61,374 nucleotides of DNA from a virus (Duplodnaviria; Caudoviricetes), in the IMG/VR virus record IMGVR_UViG_3300009790_000009, positions 1-61,374 of that record; one strand, 5' to 3'. The notes under the pieces were generated by a model. The model was not told where the DNA came from. It was given only the letters and a program-made list of their open reading frames with translations, and made no database searches. A program made the position numbers and the translations under genes. Below, in pieces: positions 48,923-58,699 of this stretch (within the stretch, counting starts at the first letter, position 1; each line of letters starts with the position of its first letter).

Positions 48923-49494
48923 TGGGAAAACATTACGTAGATAATAAAAGACTATATGCAGTCTTGGTCCAATATAAAAAGGATCGAACAAAAGCAGAGA
49001 AGGCAAACAAACCAATACCACCAATACCAAATTATATTGGTGAGTGCCTATTACAAATAGCAAACAGACTATCCTATAAACCTAACTTCGCAAACTATAT
49101 GTTTAGAGAAGAAATGGTAGGTGATGGAATAGAAAACTGTATTAATTATTTGAACAACTTCAATCCGGACAAGTCAACAAATCCGTTCGCGTATTTTACT
49201 CAAATAATATATTATGCATTTCTCAGACGAATAGAAAGAGAAAAAAGACAATTGTACATCAAGCACAAAGCTCTAGAGCAAAGTGTTGTACATGATGAAT
49301 TATCCGATGCACATGAAAGTGCTGGTGGTGAAAAGAAACAAGGTGAAATTAAAATTAATTTACACACAGACTATATGAAAGATTTTGTGGGTAACTTTGA
49401 GCAAAAGATAGCGGATAGAAAGGCTAAGCGTGAAGCTAAGAAAGCTGAAGCTAAAGGTTTAGAAAAATTCTATAACCGTCCGGAGACTAAATGA
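48922..49494 (+). CDS. gp55: Late-transcription sigma factor gp55
   Basis: Contains HYVDNK, YIGEC.L.IA.RLS.KPNF.NY.FRE.M..DGIENC and NPFAYFTQIIYYAFLRRI. Confidence 0.96.
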   Translation: MGKHYVDNKRLYAVLVQYKKDRTKAEKANKPIPPIPNYIGECLLQIANRLSYKPNFANYMFREEMVGDGIENCINYLNNFNPDKSTNPFAYFTQIIYYAFLRRIEREKRQLYIKHKALEQSVVHDELSDAHESAGGEKKQGEIKINLHTDYMKDFVGNFEQKIADRKAKREAKKAEAKGLEKFYNRPETK

Positions 49495-50543
49495 AGATAG
49501 CACTAGTAACTGATTTACACTTCGGTGTAAGAAATGACAACCAAAGAGTAGCTGACTTTCAAGAGAGATTCTTTAAGGAAGAATTCTTCCCTTACTTAGA
49601 TGAACATGGTATTGATACCGTTGTTGATTTAGGTGATACATTTGATAGAAGAAAGTTTATTAATTTCTATTCTTTGGATAGAGCTAAAAAGATGTTCTTT
49701 GAACCTCTTAGAGAACGCAATATAACCCTACATGCATTAGTAGGTAATCATGATGCATTCTATAAAAATACTTTAGAAATTAATAGTATGAATCTCTTAG
49801 CAGAGTCATATGAAAATATTATAGTATATAATGAAGCTAAAGAATGGAATGGGATTCTAATGATACCTTGGATATGTGGTGAGAATGAAGAAGAAATATT
49901 TAATGCAGCTAGGACTACTAACTGCCAAGTATTGTTTGGTCATTTAGAACTAGAAGGTTATTGCATGTATAAAGGCCAGGTATTACATTATCATGGCATT
50001 AAAGATGATTGGTTAAAGAAATTTGATGTTGTATGCACAGGACACTATCATACAAAATCTACAACAGGCAACGTTCATTATTTAGGAACTCCATATGAGA
50101 TGACATGGAATGACGCAGATGATGATAAAGGATTTCATGTATACGATACTGAAACAAGAGAACTAGAGTTCATTAAGAACCCTAATAGAATGTTCAAGAA
50201 GATATGGTATAATGATAAAGACGCAGTAGTAACTGATATTATAGAACAAGACATGGATCAATATTCCAATTGTTTTATTAAATTAATAATCAAGAACAAA
50301 ACAAACCCCTATTGGTTTGATATGTTTATTGAGAGATTAGAAAGAGCAAATCCAATTCACTTACAAGTAGTAGAAGATCACTTGAATTTGGATTTAGAAG
50401 ATGATGATGATGTTATAGCAGAAGCCGAAGACACCCTAACAATTTTAAATAATTATATTACAGGGTTAGAAATTGCTGCTAATAAAGAGGAAGTAACAAA
50501 AGAGGTTCACGATCTTTATAGTGAAGCGTTACAAATTAGTTAA
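49491..50543 (+). CDS. gp47: Recombination nuclease subunit gp47 (Mre11/SbcD-like)
   Basis: Contains TDLHFG, LGDTFDRRK, GNHD and GHYH. Confidence 0.95.
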   Translation: MKIALVTDLHFGVRNDNQRVADFQERFFKEEFFPYLDEHGIDTVVDLGDTFDRRKFINFYSLDRAKKMFFEPLRERNITLHALVGNHDAFYKNTLEINSMNLLAESYENIIVYNEAKEWNGILMIPWICGENEEEIFNAARTTNCQVLFGHLELEGYCMYKGQVLHYHGIKDDWLKKFDVVCTGHYHTKSTTGNVHYLGTPYEMTWNDADDDKGFHVYDTETRELEFIKNPNRMFKKIWYNDKDAVVTDIIEQDMDQYSNCFIKLIIKNKTNPYWFDMFIERLERANPIHLQVVEDHLNLDLEDDDDVIAEAEDTLTILNNYITGLEIAANKEEVTKEVHDLYSEALQIS

Positions 50544-52258
50544 TGATTACATTTAAAAGTTTGAAGTGGAAGAACTTTCTATCCACAGGAAATTCATTTA
50601 CAGAATTAGATTTAGAATCTAACCCATCAACGTTGGTTATTGGGGATAATGGTGCAGGTAAGTCTACCTTCTTAGATGCGTTATCGTTTGCCTTATATGG
50701 TAAAGCGTTTAGACGTATTAATAAACAACAATTAGTTAATAGTATTAATCGTAAAGGATTAGTAGTAGAAGTTATATTTGATGTTAAAGGTCAAACCTAT
50801 AAAGTAGTAAGAGGTGTTAAACCAAATTACTTTGAAGTTTGGAAAGACGATAAGATGATTAATCAAGATGCAAGTGTTAGAGACTATCAAGAGTTTTTAG
50901 AGAAGCATGTTCTTAAATTATCTCATAAGGCATTTAGTCAAGTTGTTGTATTAGGATCCACAACGTTTGTACCATTTATGCAAATGGATGCTAAGAGTAG
51001 AAGAGAAATTATAGAAGACTTATTAGACTTACAAATATTCTCTGTTATGAATTTATTATTAAAGGATAAGGTTACAGCTGTTCAACAGGATGTTCAGGAA
51101 GCAGAATTTGAGGTTAGATCGCTTAATGATAAGATAGTAATAGTAGAGGACCATATAACAGAATTAGAAGCAGACAACGCGTCTAAGGTCGATTTAAACA
51201 ACAGGAAAATCGATGTTCTGAATGGAGAGACGAATACTTATAATGAGATCATTCAAGAAAATTCAGAAAAGATAACAGGGCTTCAAAAGATAGTTAAAGA
51301 TATTAATAAACAAAAAACAAGATATAGTGAATTACAAAAGCTGGGTGGTAAACTATCAAATAAGATATCTGATTTAGAAGAGCATATTAAATTTTATGAT
51401 GATCACGACAACTGTCCTGTATGTAAACAAGACTTGGATCCTGAACTAAAAGAATGTGAAGTAACTAAAAGCAGAACAAAATTACAAGAAACTATTACTG
51501 GCAAAGAAACTTTAAACACAGAAGTACAATTAACATTAGAAAAGATATTAGAAATAGAAAAGACCAATGAAGAAATAACTAAGATTCAGAATATTATATC
51601 TGAAAACAATTGGAAGATAAAAACTAATATGGATCAATTAAAACTTCTTCATGAAGAAAATATTTCGTTAAGTGATGTTAAAGGTTCTAGACAAAAAGAA
51701 TATAAAAAATTAGATAGCTTTAAATCAAGTCTGTTAAAGCAGATGGAAATCAAAGAAGAAACTTCCCACCGCAAAGAAACATTAAATGTAGTGTCAATGA
51801 TATTAAGAGACACGGGAATTAAGACTAGAATTATAAAACAATACATTCCTATAATGAACAAACTTATTAATAAGTATCTTGCTTCAATGGACTTCTTTGT
51901 TCAATTTGAATTAGACGAAGCCTTTAATGAAACAATTAGATCTAGACATAGAGATGATTTTACTTATGCGTCCTTTAGTGAAGGTGAGAAGATGAGAATT
52001 GACTTAGCATTATTGTTTACATGGAGATCAATAGCCAAGATAAGGAATAGTGCATCTACTAATTTATTAATAATGGATGAAGTGTTTGATAGTAGTTTAG
52101 ACTCCACTGGAACAGACGAATTCTTAAAAATAATAAATGAGTTGATTTCTGACACAAATGTTTATATAATAAGTCATAAGGGAGATCAATTACTAGACAA
52201 GTTCCATAATGTAATTAGATTTGAGAAACATAAAAACTTTTCGAGGATAGCTCAGTGA
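50543..52258 (+). CDS. gp46: Recombination ATPase subunit gp46 (Rad50/SbcC-like)
   Basis: Contains WKNFLSTGN, GDNGAGKST, the CPVC hook, FSEGEKMRIDLALLF, MDEVFDSSLD and ISHK. Confidence 0.96.
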   Translation: MITFKSLKWKNFLSTGNSFTELDLESNPSTLVIGDNGAGKSTFLDALSFALYGKAFRRINKQQLVNSINRKGLVVEVIFDVKGQTYKVVRGVKPNYFEVWKDDKMINQDASVRDYQEFLEKHVLKLSHKAFSQVVVLGSTTFVPFMQMDAKSRREIIEDLLDLQIFSVMNLLLKDKVTAVQQDVQEAEFEVRSLNDKIVIVEDHITELEADNASKVDLNNRKIDVLNGETNTYNEIIQENSEKITGLQKIVKDINKQKTRYSELQKLGGKLSNKISDLEEHIKFYDDHDNCPVCKQDLDPELKECEVTKSRTKLQETITGKETLNTEVQLTLEKILEIEKTNEEITKIQNIISENNWKIKTNMDQLKLLHEENISLSDVKGSRQKEYKKLDSFKSSLLKQMEIKEETSHRKETLNVVSMILRDTGIKTRIIKQYIPIMNKLINKYLASMDFFVQFELDEAFNETIRSRHRDDFTYASFSEGEKMRIDLALLFTWRSIAKIRNSASTNLLIMDEVFDSSLDSTGTDEFLKIINELISDTNVYIISHKGDQLLDKFHNVIRFEKHKNFSRIAQ

Positions 52259-52815
52259 GTAAGGGTAAATATATTATACCATTAGGTGATCAAAACGACA
52301 TGCTTCTAGACAAAGGCCTAGAGGCTTTTAATTTTGAAGATCCTCAAAAGGATCCTATTAAGTTCGCAAAGGAGTTAATAGAGACGATGCAAGAGAATAA
52401 TGGGATTGGATTAGCTGCTAATCAAATTGGAGTCCCATTAAAAGTATTTTGTATGCAAACAGATCCACCAATGGTTTGTTATAATCCTAGGATTACATAT
52501 GCCTCTGAAGAGACCGTCATATTAGATGAGGGTTGTTTATCTTATCCTGGTGTCTGGGTAAAAATAGAAAGACCACAAATGATAAGATGCAGGTTTCAAG
52601 ATCCCTATGGTAACATGGTTACAAAAAAATTCGCCGGTATGGCAGCTAGAGTATTTCAACATGAGATGGAACATCTAGAAGGTAAGCTATTCTGGCAAAA
52701 CGCTAATTGGTTTAATCAAGAGAAATTCCAGAAGCGTTGGATTAAAGCTAAAAGAACATTAAGAAACGCAACAAGACCAACAAAGAAAAGAAAGAGTAAA
52801 TTTAGAAAGAAATGA
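52255..52815 (+). CDS. def: Peptide deformylase
   Basis: Has the three PDF motifs GIGLAANQIG, EGCLS and QHEMEHL; GTG start. Confidence 0.93.
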   Translation: MSKGKYIIPLGDQNDMLLDKGLEAFNFEDPQKDPIKFAKELIETMQENNGIGLAANQIGVPLKVFCMQTDPPMVCYNPRITYASEETVILDEGCLSYPGVWVKIERPQMIRCRFQDPYGNMVTKKFAGMAARVFQHEMEHLEGKLFWQNANWFNQEKFQKRWIKAKRTLRNATRPTKKRKSKFRKK

Positions 52816-53360
52816 AGATCAATTTAATATATGGTACGGAGACCGGATATACTGAACTCATCGGTGAAGATATAATGGAACGATGGGTAAGAGCTTGGCC
52901 GGATGATGATTTTAAAATAGTAAGAGTAGATGAGACTATACCAGAAGATTGGAAAGCGGATCTATTAATATTAGGAGCACCTACATGGTGTGAACCAAGA
53001 CTAGAAGTTTTGGGGGAGCTAAGTGAAGATTGGAATGGTGAGATGGATGACATCAAGAAAAGAGACTTCACTGGACAGAAAGTAGCAATATATGGTTTAG
53101 GAGATCAACATGGTTATGGTGATAACTTTGTTGACGGTTTGGGTTTATTAGCTAAACCTATTATCGAAAATGGAGGAACCATTATTGCTACAACCTCTAC
53201 AGCAGGATATAGTTTTACTGAGTCTTATGGACTTATAGATAAAGACACATTTTATGGTTTGGCAATAGATGAAGACCAACAAGCCAATAGAACAAACGAC
53301 AGAATTATAAATTGGTTACATCAAATAGAACGAGAATTATATGACGGCGATAGGACATAA
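52812..53360 (+). CDS. fldA: Long-chain flavodoxin
   Basis: Contains YGTETGYTE, GAPTW, VAIYGLGDQHGYGDNFVD, GLAIDED.Q and RI.NW. Confidence 0.92.
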   Translation: MKINLIYGTETGYTELIGEDIMERWVRAWPDDDFKIVRVDETIPEDWKADLLILGAPTWCEPRLEVLGELSEDWNGEMDDIKKRDFTGQKVAIYGLGDQHGYGDNFVDGLGLLAKPIIENGGTIIATTSTAGYSFTESYGLIDKDTFYGLAIDEDQQANRTNDRIINWLHQIERELYDGDRT

Positions 53361-54252
53361 CCAGAGACAATACGCTTACTCTGAAATCTTTGATTCAATA
53401 CAAGGTGAAGGACATTATACCGGCCGTCCTACAGCATGGTTAAGATTTTTCTTATGTAATTTACAATGTAATGGATTTGGTCAAGACGATCCAACGGATC
53501 CAGATTCGTATGAACTTCCATATAAAGACTTTGAGGGTATGGAAAAAATAAAGGTTATGACAGACTTACCTGTATGGGAGAAAGGTTGTGATAGCTCTTA
53601 TTCTTGGTCTAGAAAATTTAAACACCTACAACATAAAGAGACTGCGGAAGAGATAGGTGATAGAATTAGAGCTGAATTTACAAATGAACATAATGATGGC
53701 AAGTGGTTAGAAAGACATATGTGTTTTACAGGTGGTGAACCTTTGATGAAACATGCACAACAGTGTAGCATGGATGTTATGAAATATTGGATAGAGGAAA
53801 GAGACTTTCCTAGATATGTAACATATGAAACTAATGGAACACAAGTCTTAAGAGATGATTTTAAAGAATTTTGGATGGAATACAGAGACGTTTGGGGAGG
53901 TGAATTATTCTTCTCTTGTAGCCCAAAATTATGGAATGTAGCAGGTGAGAAAACAAAACGTGCTATCAGACCAGAAGTGGTAGCTGAATACTGTCAAATA
54001 ATAACTCCAGGTAAAGGTCAATTGAAGTTCGTAGTGAACGGAACACCTGCATGCTGGGAAGAGTTAGATGAGACAATAGAAAAATTCAGATACTATGGAG
54101 TGGATTGGCCAATATGGATAATGCCTGTAGGGGCTACTGTAGAAGGTCAAAAATTAGTAGATGGTGATGTAGCCGCAGAAGCCTTTAAAAGAGGTTATAA
54201 TGTTAGTGCCAGGGTACACACCTATCTCTGGGGCAACTTAATTGGAGTATAG
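53341..54252 (+). CDS. queE: 7-carboxy-7-deazaguanine synthase (radical SAM)
   Basis: Contains YSEIFDSIQGEG...G.P...LRF..CNLQC...CDS, FTGGEPL, ETNGT, SCSPKL and R.H..LWG. Confidence 0.88.
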   Translation: MTAIGHNQRQYAYSEIFDSIQGEGHYTGRPTAWLRFFLCNLQCNGFGQDDPTDPDSYELPYKDFEGMEKIKVMTDLPVWEKGCDSSYSWSRKFKHLQHKETAEEIGDRIRAEFTNEHNDGKWLERHMCFTGGEPLMKHAQQCSMDVMKYWIEERDFPRYVTYETNGTQVLRDDFKEFWMEYRDVWGGELFFSCSPKLWNVAGEKTKRAIRPEVVAEYCQIITPGKGQLKFVVNGTPACWEELDETIEKFRYYGVDWPIWIMPVGATVEGQKLVDGDVAAEAFKRGYNVSARVHTYLWGNLIGV

Positions 54253-54805
54253 TAAAACAACAATTCTTAATGATGATGAAGTAAAATATCTACGAGATGA
54301 ATTATTACCATCATTAGAAGTTACTAGGCTTCGAAGATACTATAACTTATTCTATTGTGATAAGATAGGTATACCTCAAGGCATCCCAGAATTTAAAGCA
54401 ATATCAGAAAAACTTTTAAACGGCGCAGGTGATAGTACAGGCGTATACTCTCATTACTTTATGAGATATAAGCACCCATCTTTCGTTAGAAGACATGCTG
54501 ATAATGCAGATGAAGTCTCTAACACTCTAATAACTCTTCTTCAAGAATGTGAAGAAGGTGGTGAAACTATTATATATGGCGTTCATCGTAAAGATGATTA
54601 TCCTTGGGAGGATGACTCAGACGTTAATAGATATAATAAGGGGGATGATTGTATAGACGATCCAATTATTCCATTAGTTATGAAACAAAGTGTAGGTGAA
54701 ACATTAATATATGATCGAGATGTTCTACACGAGGTCGCGCAAGTTCAAAAAGGTGAACGAATAGTCTTGGTCAGCTGGTTTAAAAATGAGCAAAGAAAAA
54801 ATTGA
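54242..54805 (+). CDS. 2OG-Fe(II) oxygenase
   Basis: Contains RHAD, EGGET and LHEVAQVQKGERIVLVSW. Confidence 0.75.
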   Translation: MEYSKTTILNDDEVKYLRDELLPSLEVTRLRRYYNLFYCDKIGIPQGIPEFKAISEKLLNGAGDSTGVYSHYFMRYKHPSFVRRHADNADEVSNTLITLLQECEEGGETIIYGVHRKDDYPWEDDSDVNRYNKGDDCIDDPIIPLVMKQSVGETLIYDRDVLHEVAQVQKGERIVLVSWFKNEQRKN

Positions 54806-55256
54806 ATATTCATACGAACAGTTTGAAGAAGGTATCGATAAGATACGTGATAACATTTTAGCACTAGGTAATCCATTTAATAGAATAGTTGGTGTATGTA
54901 GGGGTGGACTTTTCCCTGCAACTAGGTTATCATATATGTTAAAGTTACCTTTGACTACATTATCTTGGTCCCTCAGAGATTACAATTCAGAAAGAGAATC
55001 TTTAGAGTGGTTAGCACAAGACATTAATGCAGGTCAAAAAATATTGTTAGTCGACGATATCATTGATAGCGGAGAAACAATTAATAGTATCCTAGCAGAC
55101 TGGGATGCGAATGTAGGAGGTACATTAGACAGAGAAAATATTTCTATTGCTACATGTATCTATAATATGGACTTAGAGATTACTCCCGATTTTTGGGATC
55201 AAGCAATCTCTAGAAAAGAAGATCAACGATGGGTTGATTTTTGGTGGGAGAAATAA
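54786..55256 (+). CDS. Type I purine phosphoribosyltransferase (Gpt-like)
   Basis: Contains GVCRGGL.PA, the PRPP loop ILLVDDIIDSGET and a terminal W.DFWWE. Confidence 0.85.
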   Translation: MSKEKIEYSYEQFEEGIDKIRDNILALGNPFNRIVGVCRGGLFPATRLSYMLKLPLTTLSWSLRDYNSERESLEWLAQDINAGQKILLVDDIIDSGETINSILADWDANVGGTLDRENISIATCIYNMDLEITPDFWDQAISRKEDQRWVDFWWEK

Positions 55257-55712
55257 ATGCATAAGAGTACAAAAACATATGGACATCATGAAGGACTATC
55301 ATGTGTCTTTAGACAACCTAATGCAGATCATTCTCATTGCAGCTTATTACATGGATATGCTTTATCCTTTAGGTTTGAATTTGGTTGCAATGAATTAGAT
55401 GAAAGAAACTGGGTTGTAGATTTTGGCGGTCTTAAAGAATTGAAGCAATGGTTAAAGGATAGCTTTGATCATAAAACTGTCTTAGATACTGCGGATCCAA
55501 AGAAAGGACTTATAGAAGCACTAGTGCCTGAAGGCATTGCTGAAGTAGTATATTTCGATGGAGTAGGATGTGAGAAGTTTGCAGAACATGCTTTAAAGAA
55601 AGCTGATGAAATAGTTCAAAGAATAACAGGTGGAAGATGCTATTGTATATCATGTGAAGTATCAGAACATGGTGCAAATAGCGCGATATTTTTAAGAGAA
55701 GATTTCGATTAA
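55257..55712 (+). CDS. queD: 6-carboxy-5,6,7,8-tetrahydropterin synthase
   Basis: Contains SHCSLLHGY, WVVDFGGLK, FDH, GCEKFAE and EVSEHGANSA. Confidence 0.88.
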   Translation: MHKSTKTYGHHEGLSCVFRQPNADHSHCSLLHGYALSFRFEFGCNELDERNWVVDFGGLKELKQWLKDSFDHKTVLDTADPKKGLIEALVPEGIAEVVYFDGVGCEKFAEHALKKADEIVQRITGGRCYCISCEVSEHGANSAIFLREDFD

Positions 55713-55717
55713 ACCTG

Positions 55718-55746
55718 TTGCATTATAATACATTCTGTGTTATAAT
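55718..55746 (+). promoter_or_regulatory. Sigma70-type promoter TTGCAT-17-TATAAT with an extended -10 TG
   Basis: Same architecture as 46101-46129; the -10 box ends 7 nt before the ATG at 55754. Confidence 0.65.
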
Positions 55747-55753
55747 ATATTAT

Positions 55754-56176
55754 ATGAGTGTGAATAAGTTTAGTATTGATTGGCAGATTTGTAGGGTGAG
55801 AGCTCGTAGTATAAAAGATGTCGACAATAAAATTAAGTTTGTGATTAGTTTTCTAGAGACTTATAGATCTAAAGAAAATGTAGAACGCGTGCTTAATTGG
55901 CTAAAGATGACGCGAGTCGGTTATAAAGACGAAGCGATCAGAAAGAAATTCGATAGAGTTATAGATGATGTTAAAGTGACAGGTCTAGACTATTTCGAGA
56001 AAGATAATGTAAATGATCTAAGTTGTGTATCTGATGAAGATATAGAAATGGTATTAAAAGATCTGAATAAAAGAAAATATGGATTTCAGTTTAATAAAGT
56101 ACCAAAAGATCATGTTAAATTTGTTTCAGCTTTAGAGGCTGAATTGGAGATCAGAAATGATAGTAAATGTTGGTGA
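55754..56176 (+). CDS. Hypothetical protein
   Basis: In-frame ATG at 55754 downstream of the promoter; the TTG start given at 55718 is the -35 box. Confidence 0.6.
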   Translation: MSVNKFSIDWQICRVRARSIKDVDNKIKFVISFLETYRSKENVERVLNWLKMTRVGYKDEAIRKKFDRVIDDVKVTGLDYFEKDNVNDLSCVSDEDIEMVLKDLNKRKYGFQFNKVPKDHVKFVSALEAELEIRNDSKCW

Positions 56177-56666
56177 GACATTCCCTTCTTTTGAAATAGA
56201 TGTAGTGAATGCAGACAACGAGATGGTTAAAGAAACCGTCGAACCAGATGGTCAGTGGAAAGTAATATACTTCTATCCTAAAGACTTTACTTTTATATGT
56301 CCAACTGAAATTTCAGATATGGATAAGCTTACAGGAAAAGCAAGAGTTATGGGAATCTCAGGTGATAATGAGTTCTGTAAATTAGCTTGGAAACAATCAA
56401 ACGAATTGATAGGATCTATCAAACATAGTTTGGGTGCAGACACAGGTCTTAATATATCAAGACAAATTGGTGTCGTTAATCCAGAAGCAACAGTATGCCT
56501 AAGAGCTACTTATATTCTAGATGGTGCTAGTAAGGTTAAGCATGTATCAGTAAATGAACTTGACACAGGTAGAAATGCAGATGAAATTCTTAGAACTTTT
56601 GAAGCATTACAAGCTGGCGGTCTTACAGGATGCGCATGGCAGCCTGGTGATGATTTTGTAGCGTAA
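56157..56666 (+). CDS. ahpC: Peroxiredoxin (AhpC/TSA family)
   Basis: Peroxidatic motif FYPKDFTFICPTE, RATYI.D, GRNADEILR and a C-terminal GCAWQPG. Confidence 0.92.
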   Translation: MIVNVGETFPSFEIDVVNADNEMVKETVEPDGQWKVIYFYPKDFTFICPTEISDMDKLTGKARVMGISGDNEFCKLAWKQSNELIGSIKHSLGADTGLNISRQIGVVNPEATVCLRATYILDGASKVKHVSVNELDTGRNADEILRTFEALQAGGLTGCAWQPGDDFVA

Positions 56667-57442
56667 TGAATAACACATTAATTAGCGTAGAGCTTCCTAA
56701 ACAATTATTTTATAAACATGATGACTATAATGATTGTGCGTTTGTATTATTGCATAAGTTATTAGAGGATCCTGTTTATGAAGACTTCTATACCAATTAT
56801 AAAGGGTTTAAAATATTAGATAATAGTTGTTACGAATTAGGCGAGTCTATGTCTAATGAAACCTTGGCAGAATGGGTTACAAAAATTAATCCAAATGTTT
56901 TTATCTTACCTGATAAGTTAGGAGATATGGACGTTACTGTTCAAAGATCAATGAATTTCTTAGAACAATATCCCTTCTTTAAAGATAGAGCAATGCCGGT
57001 GGTTCAAGGTAGCACAGTAGATGAATTCTTCCAGTGCTATCAATATTTCAGAGATGAGATTAAGCCTGAGTTTATTGGGATCCCATTTTGTTTTCCTTGG
57101 ATAGAACCTTGGGACGATGGAGAACAACAAGCTCAAGAAAGAGTCAATCTCCTTCATGCACTAGATAAAAATGGAGCTGTAGATAAAACTATCAAGCATC
57201 ATCTATTAGGTACATGGAGAGTTTTTGAATATGAGTTTTATAAAGACTTTGATTGGGTTTATAGTATTGATACTAGTAATCCTATTGCAGCAGCATTCGA
57301 AGGAACAAAGTATGAAGCTCATGGTTTAGATTATAAACCAAAAATTAAGTTTGATGAGTTTTACGAGAAAGAAATTTCCCGTGACATTCTGAATACTTTT
57401 AAGTATAATATGAAAAGATTGAGGAGTATAGTAAATGGCTGA
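56666..57442 (+). CDS. TGT-like barrel protein, candidate DpdA-type 7-deazaguanine transglycosylase
   Basis: The motif order ILDNS..E, ILPD, MPVVQG, IGI, HHLLG, SIDTS parallels the tRNA/DNA guanine transglycosylase motifs (LDSG, VQG, HLLG, xD(S/T)); lies inside the que cluster. Confidence 0.55.
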   Translation: MNNTLISVELPKQLFYKHDDYNDCAFVLLHKLLEDPVYEDFYTNYKGFKILDNSCYELGESMSNETLAEWVTKINPNVFILPDKLGDMDVTVQRSMNFLEQYPFFKDRAMPVVQGSTVDEFFQCYQYFRDEIKPEFIGIPFCFPWIEPWDDGEQQAQERVNLLHALDKNGAVDKTIKHHLLGTWRVFEYEFYKDFDWVYSIDTSNPIAAAFEGTKYEAHGLDYKPKIKFDEFYEKEISRDILNTFKYNMKRLRSIVNG

Positions 57443-57686
57443 TAAAATTAATCCACAGCATTATCAAAATAGAAATGATAATCTGCAAGTAATTGATGTG
57501 ATAGAACAATTTAATTTGAACTTTCATAGGGGCAATGTTGTTAAGTATGCTATACGTGCCGGTCGTAAAGACGAACAGGGTTATGAAAACCTTGAGAAGG
57601 CGATTGAAGATCTTGAAAAAGCTAAGTGGTATTTGGATAGACAGATACTTGATTATAGAAATTTAATGGAGAAAAGCGATGATTAA
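57435..57686 (+). CDS. DUF3310-family protein
   Basis: Pattern INPQHY...IDVIE...F..GNVVKY..RAG.K...EDLEKAKWYL.R. Confidence 0.85.
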   Translation: MADKINPQHYQNRNDNLQVIDVIEQFNLNFHRGNVVKYAIRAGRKDEQGYENLEKAIEDLEKAKWYLDRQILDYRNLMEKSDD

Positions 57687-58359
57687 TCGTGAGAAGTGTG
57701 ATCCTCTTTTAGGGGAACAAGTATTTGAACATATGGTTGATGTTGGTCTTGAGACACCAACTACTGAATTGGTAAGTGTACCAAGGGAAGATAAGTTAGC
57801 AAGGCTTGAACCTGCTTTGACTGAGTTTGTAGAAACATTAGGTCTAGACCTAGATGATGATTCAATTCAAGATACACCTAGGCGTTTAGCTAAGATGTAT
57901 GTTGATGAACTTACATGGGGATTGAATTATAATAACTTTCCTAAATGTACAAGGATCGAAAATAAAATGAATTATAAGGGATCCTTTGTATTAGAAAGAG
58001 ATGTACAATGTATGTCTTTGTGTGAACACCATTTTGTAACTATTGATGGGTTAGCTAGTATAGCTTATATACCTGATCAATATGTATTAGGGTTATCTAA
58101 GTTAAATAGAATTGCACAATTCTTTAGTAGACGCCCACAAGTTCAAGAAAGATTAACAGAACAAATAGCAGAGGCGATTGCCTTTGTTGCTGGTACAAAC
58201 GATGTAGCAGTAGTAATGAGAGCTAATCATTATTGTGTTAAGTCAAGAGGTATTATGGATGCAAATTCAGATACATTGACAGCCGCCTTTAGAGGTGTGT
58301 TTGAAGACTATGATGGGGCTTTAAGAAAAGAATTCTTATCGTGCTGTAAAAATGGTTGA
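57679..58359 (+). CDS. folE: GTP cyclohydrolase I
   Basis: Contains DTPRRLAKMY, SLCEHHF, LGLSKLNRI..FFSRRPQVQERLT and HYCVKSRGI. Confidence 0.95.
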   Translation: MINREKCDPLLGEQVFEHMVDVGLETPTTELVSVPREDKLARLEPALTEFVETLGLDLDDDSIQDTPRRLAKMYVDELTWGLNYNNFPKCTRIENKMNYKGSFVLERDVQCMSLCEHHFVTIDGLASIAYIPDQYVLGLSKLNRIAQFFSRRPQVQERLTEQIAEAIAFVAGTNDVAVVMRANHYCVKSRGIMDANSDTLTAAFRGVFEDYDGALRKEFLSCCKNG

Positions 58360-58501
58360 TAAGATAAAAGAACAAATTGAAATATGCAGATGCAATTGGA
58401 AGACTCTATTTGTAGGAAGCTTCGTAATGCACTTCTTCTTTGACTGGGTTGTCTTAGCAGTAGGTGTTTTAATTGGAATGCATATAGGACACGGACATTA
58501 A
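58352..58501 (+). CDS. Small membrane protein (49 aa, not in the ORF track)
   Basis: Translates as MVDKIKEQIEICRCNWKTLFVGSFVMHFFFDWVVLAVGVLIGMHIGHGH* and fills the gap after folE. Confidence 0.55.
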   Translation: MVDKIKEQIEICRCNWKTLFVGSFVMHFFFDWVVLAVGVLIGMHIGHGH

Positions 58502-58502
58502 T

Positions 58503-58697
58503 ATGAGAATATTACATGAATATCAAAACCCCGATAATGAAGGGGTAAGAGCAGAAGTAGTCTTTGATGGTAAAGTCTTTGGTTGTAATTTTTATAATCA
58601 AGGAGTTTTAGTTAAGACAGAAATGTATGAAGGCAAGAGTGAAGCATGGGCAGAGAGCGCAGCTGATAACTATGTGTTGGGAATTAAACTATTGTAA
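58503..58697 (+). CDS. Hypothetical protein
   Basis: 64-aa ORF with a KSEAWAESAADNYVLGI motif. Confidence 0.65.
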   Translation: MRILHEYQNPDNEGVRAEVVFDGKVFGCNFYNQGVLVKTEMYEGKSEAWAESAADNYVLGIKLL

Positions 58698-58699
58698 TT

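Noticed and set aside
34646-52258. Introns, inteins or homing endonucleases in gp17, gp20, gp23, uvsW or gp46
   Set aside because: All these ORFs are continuous and of ordinary length, and I saw no intein, HNH, GIY-YIG or LAGLIDADG motifs.
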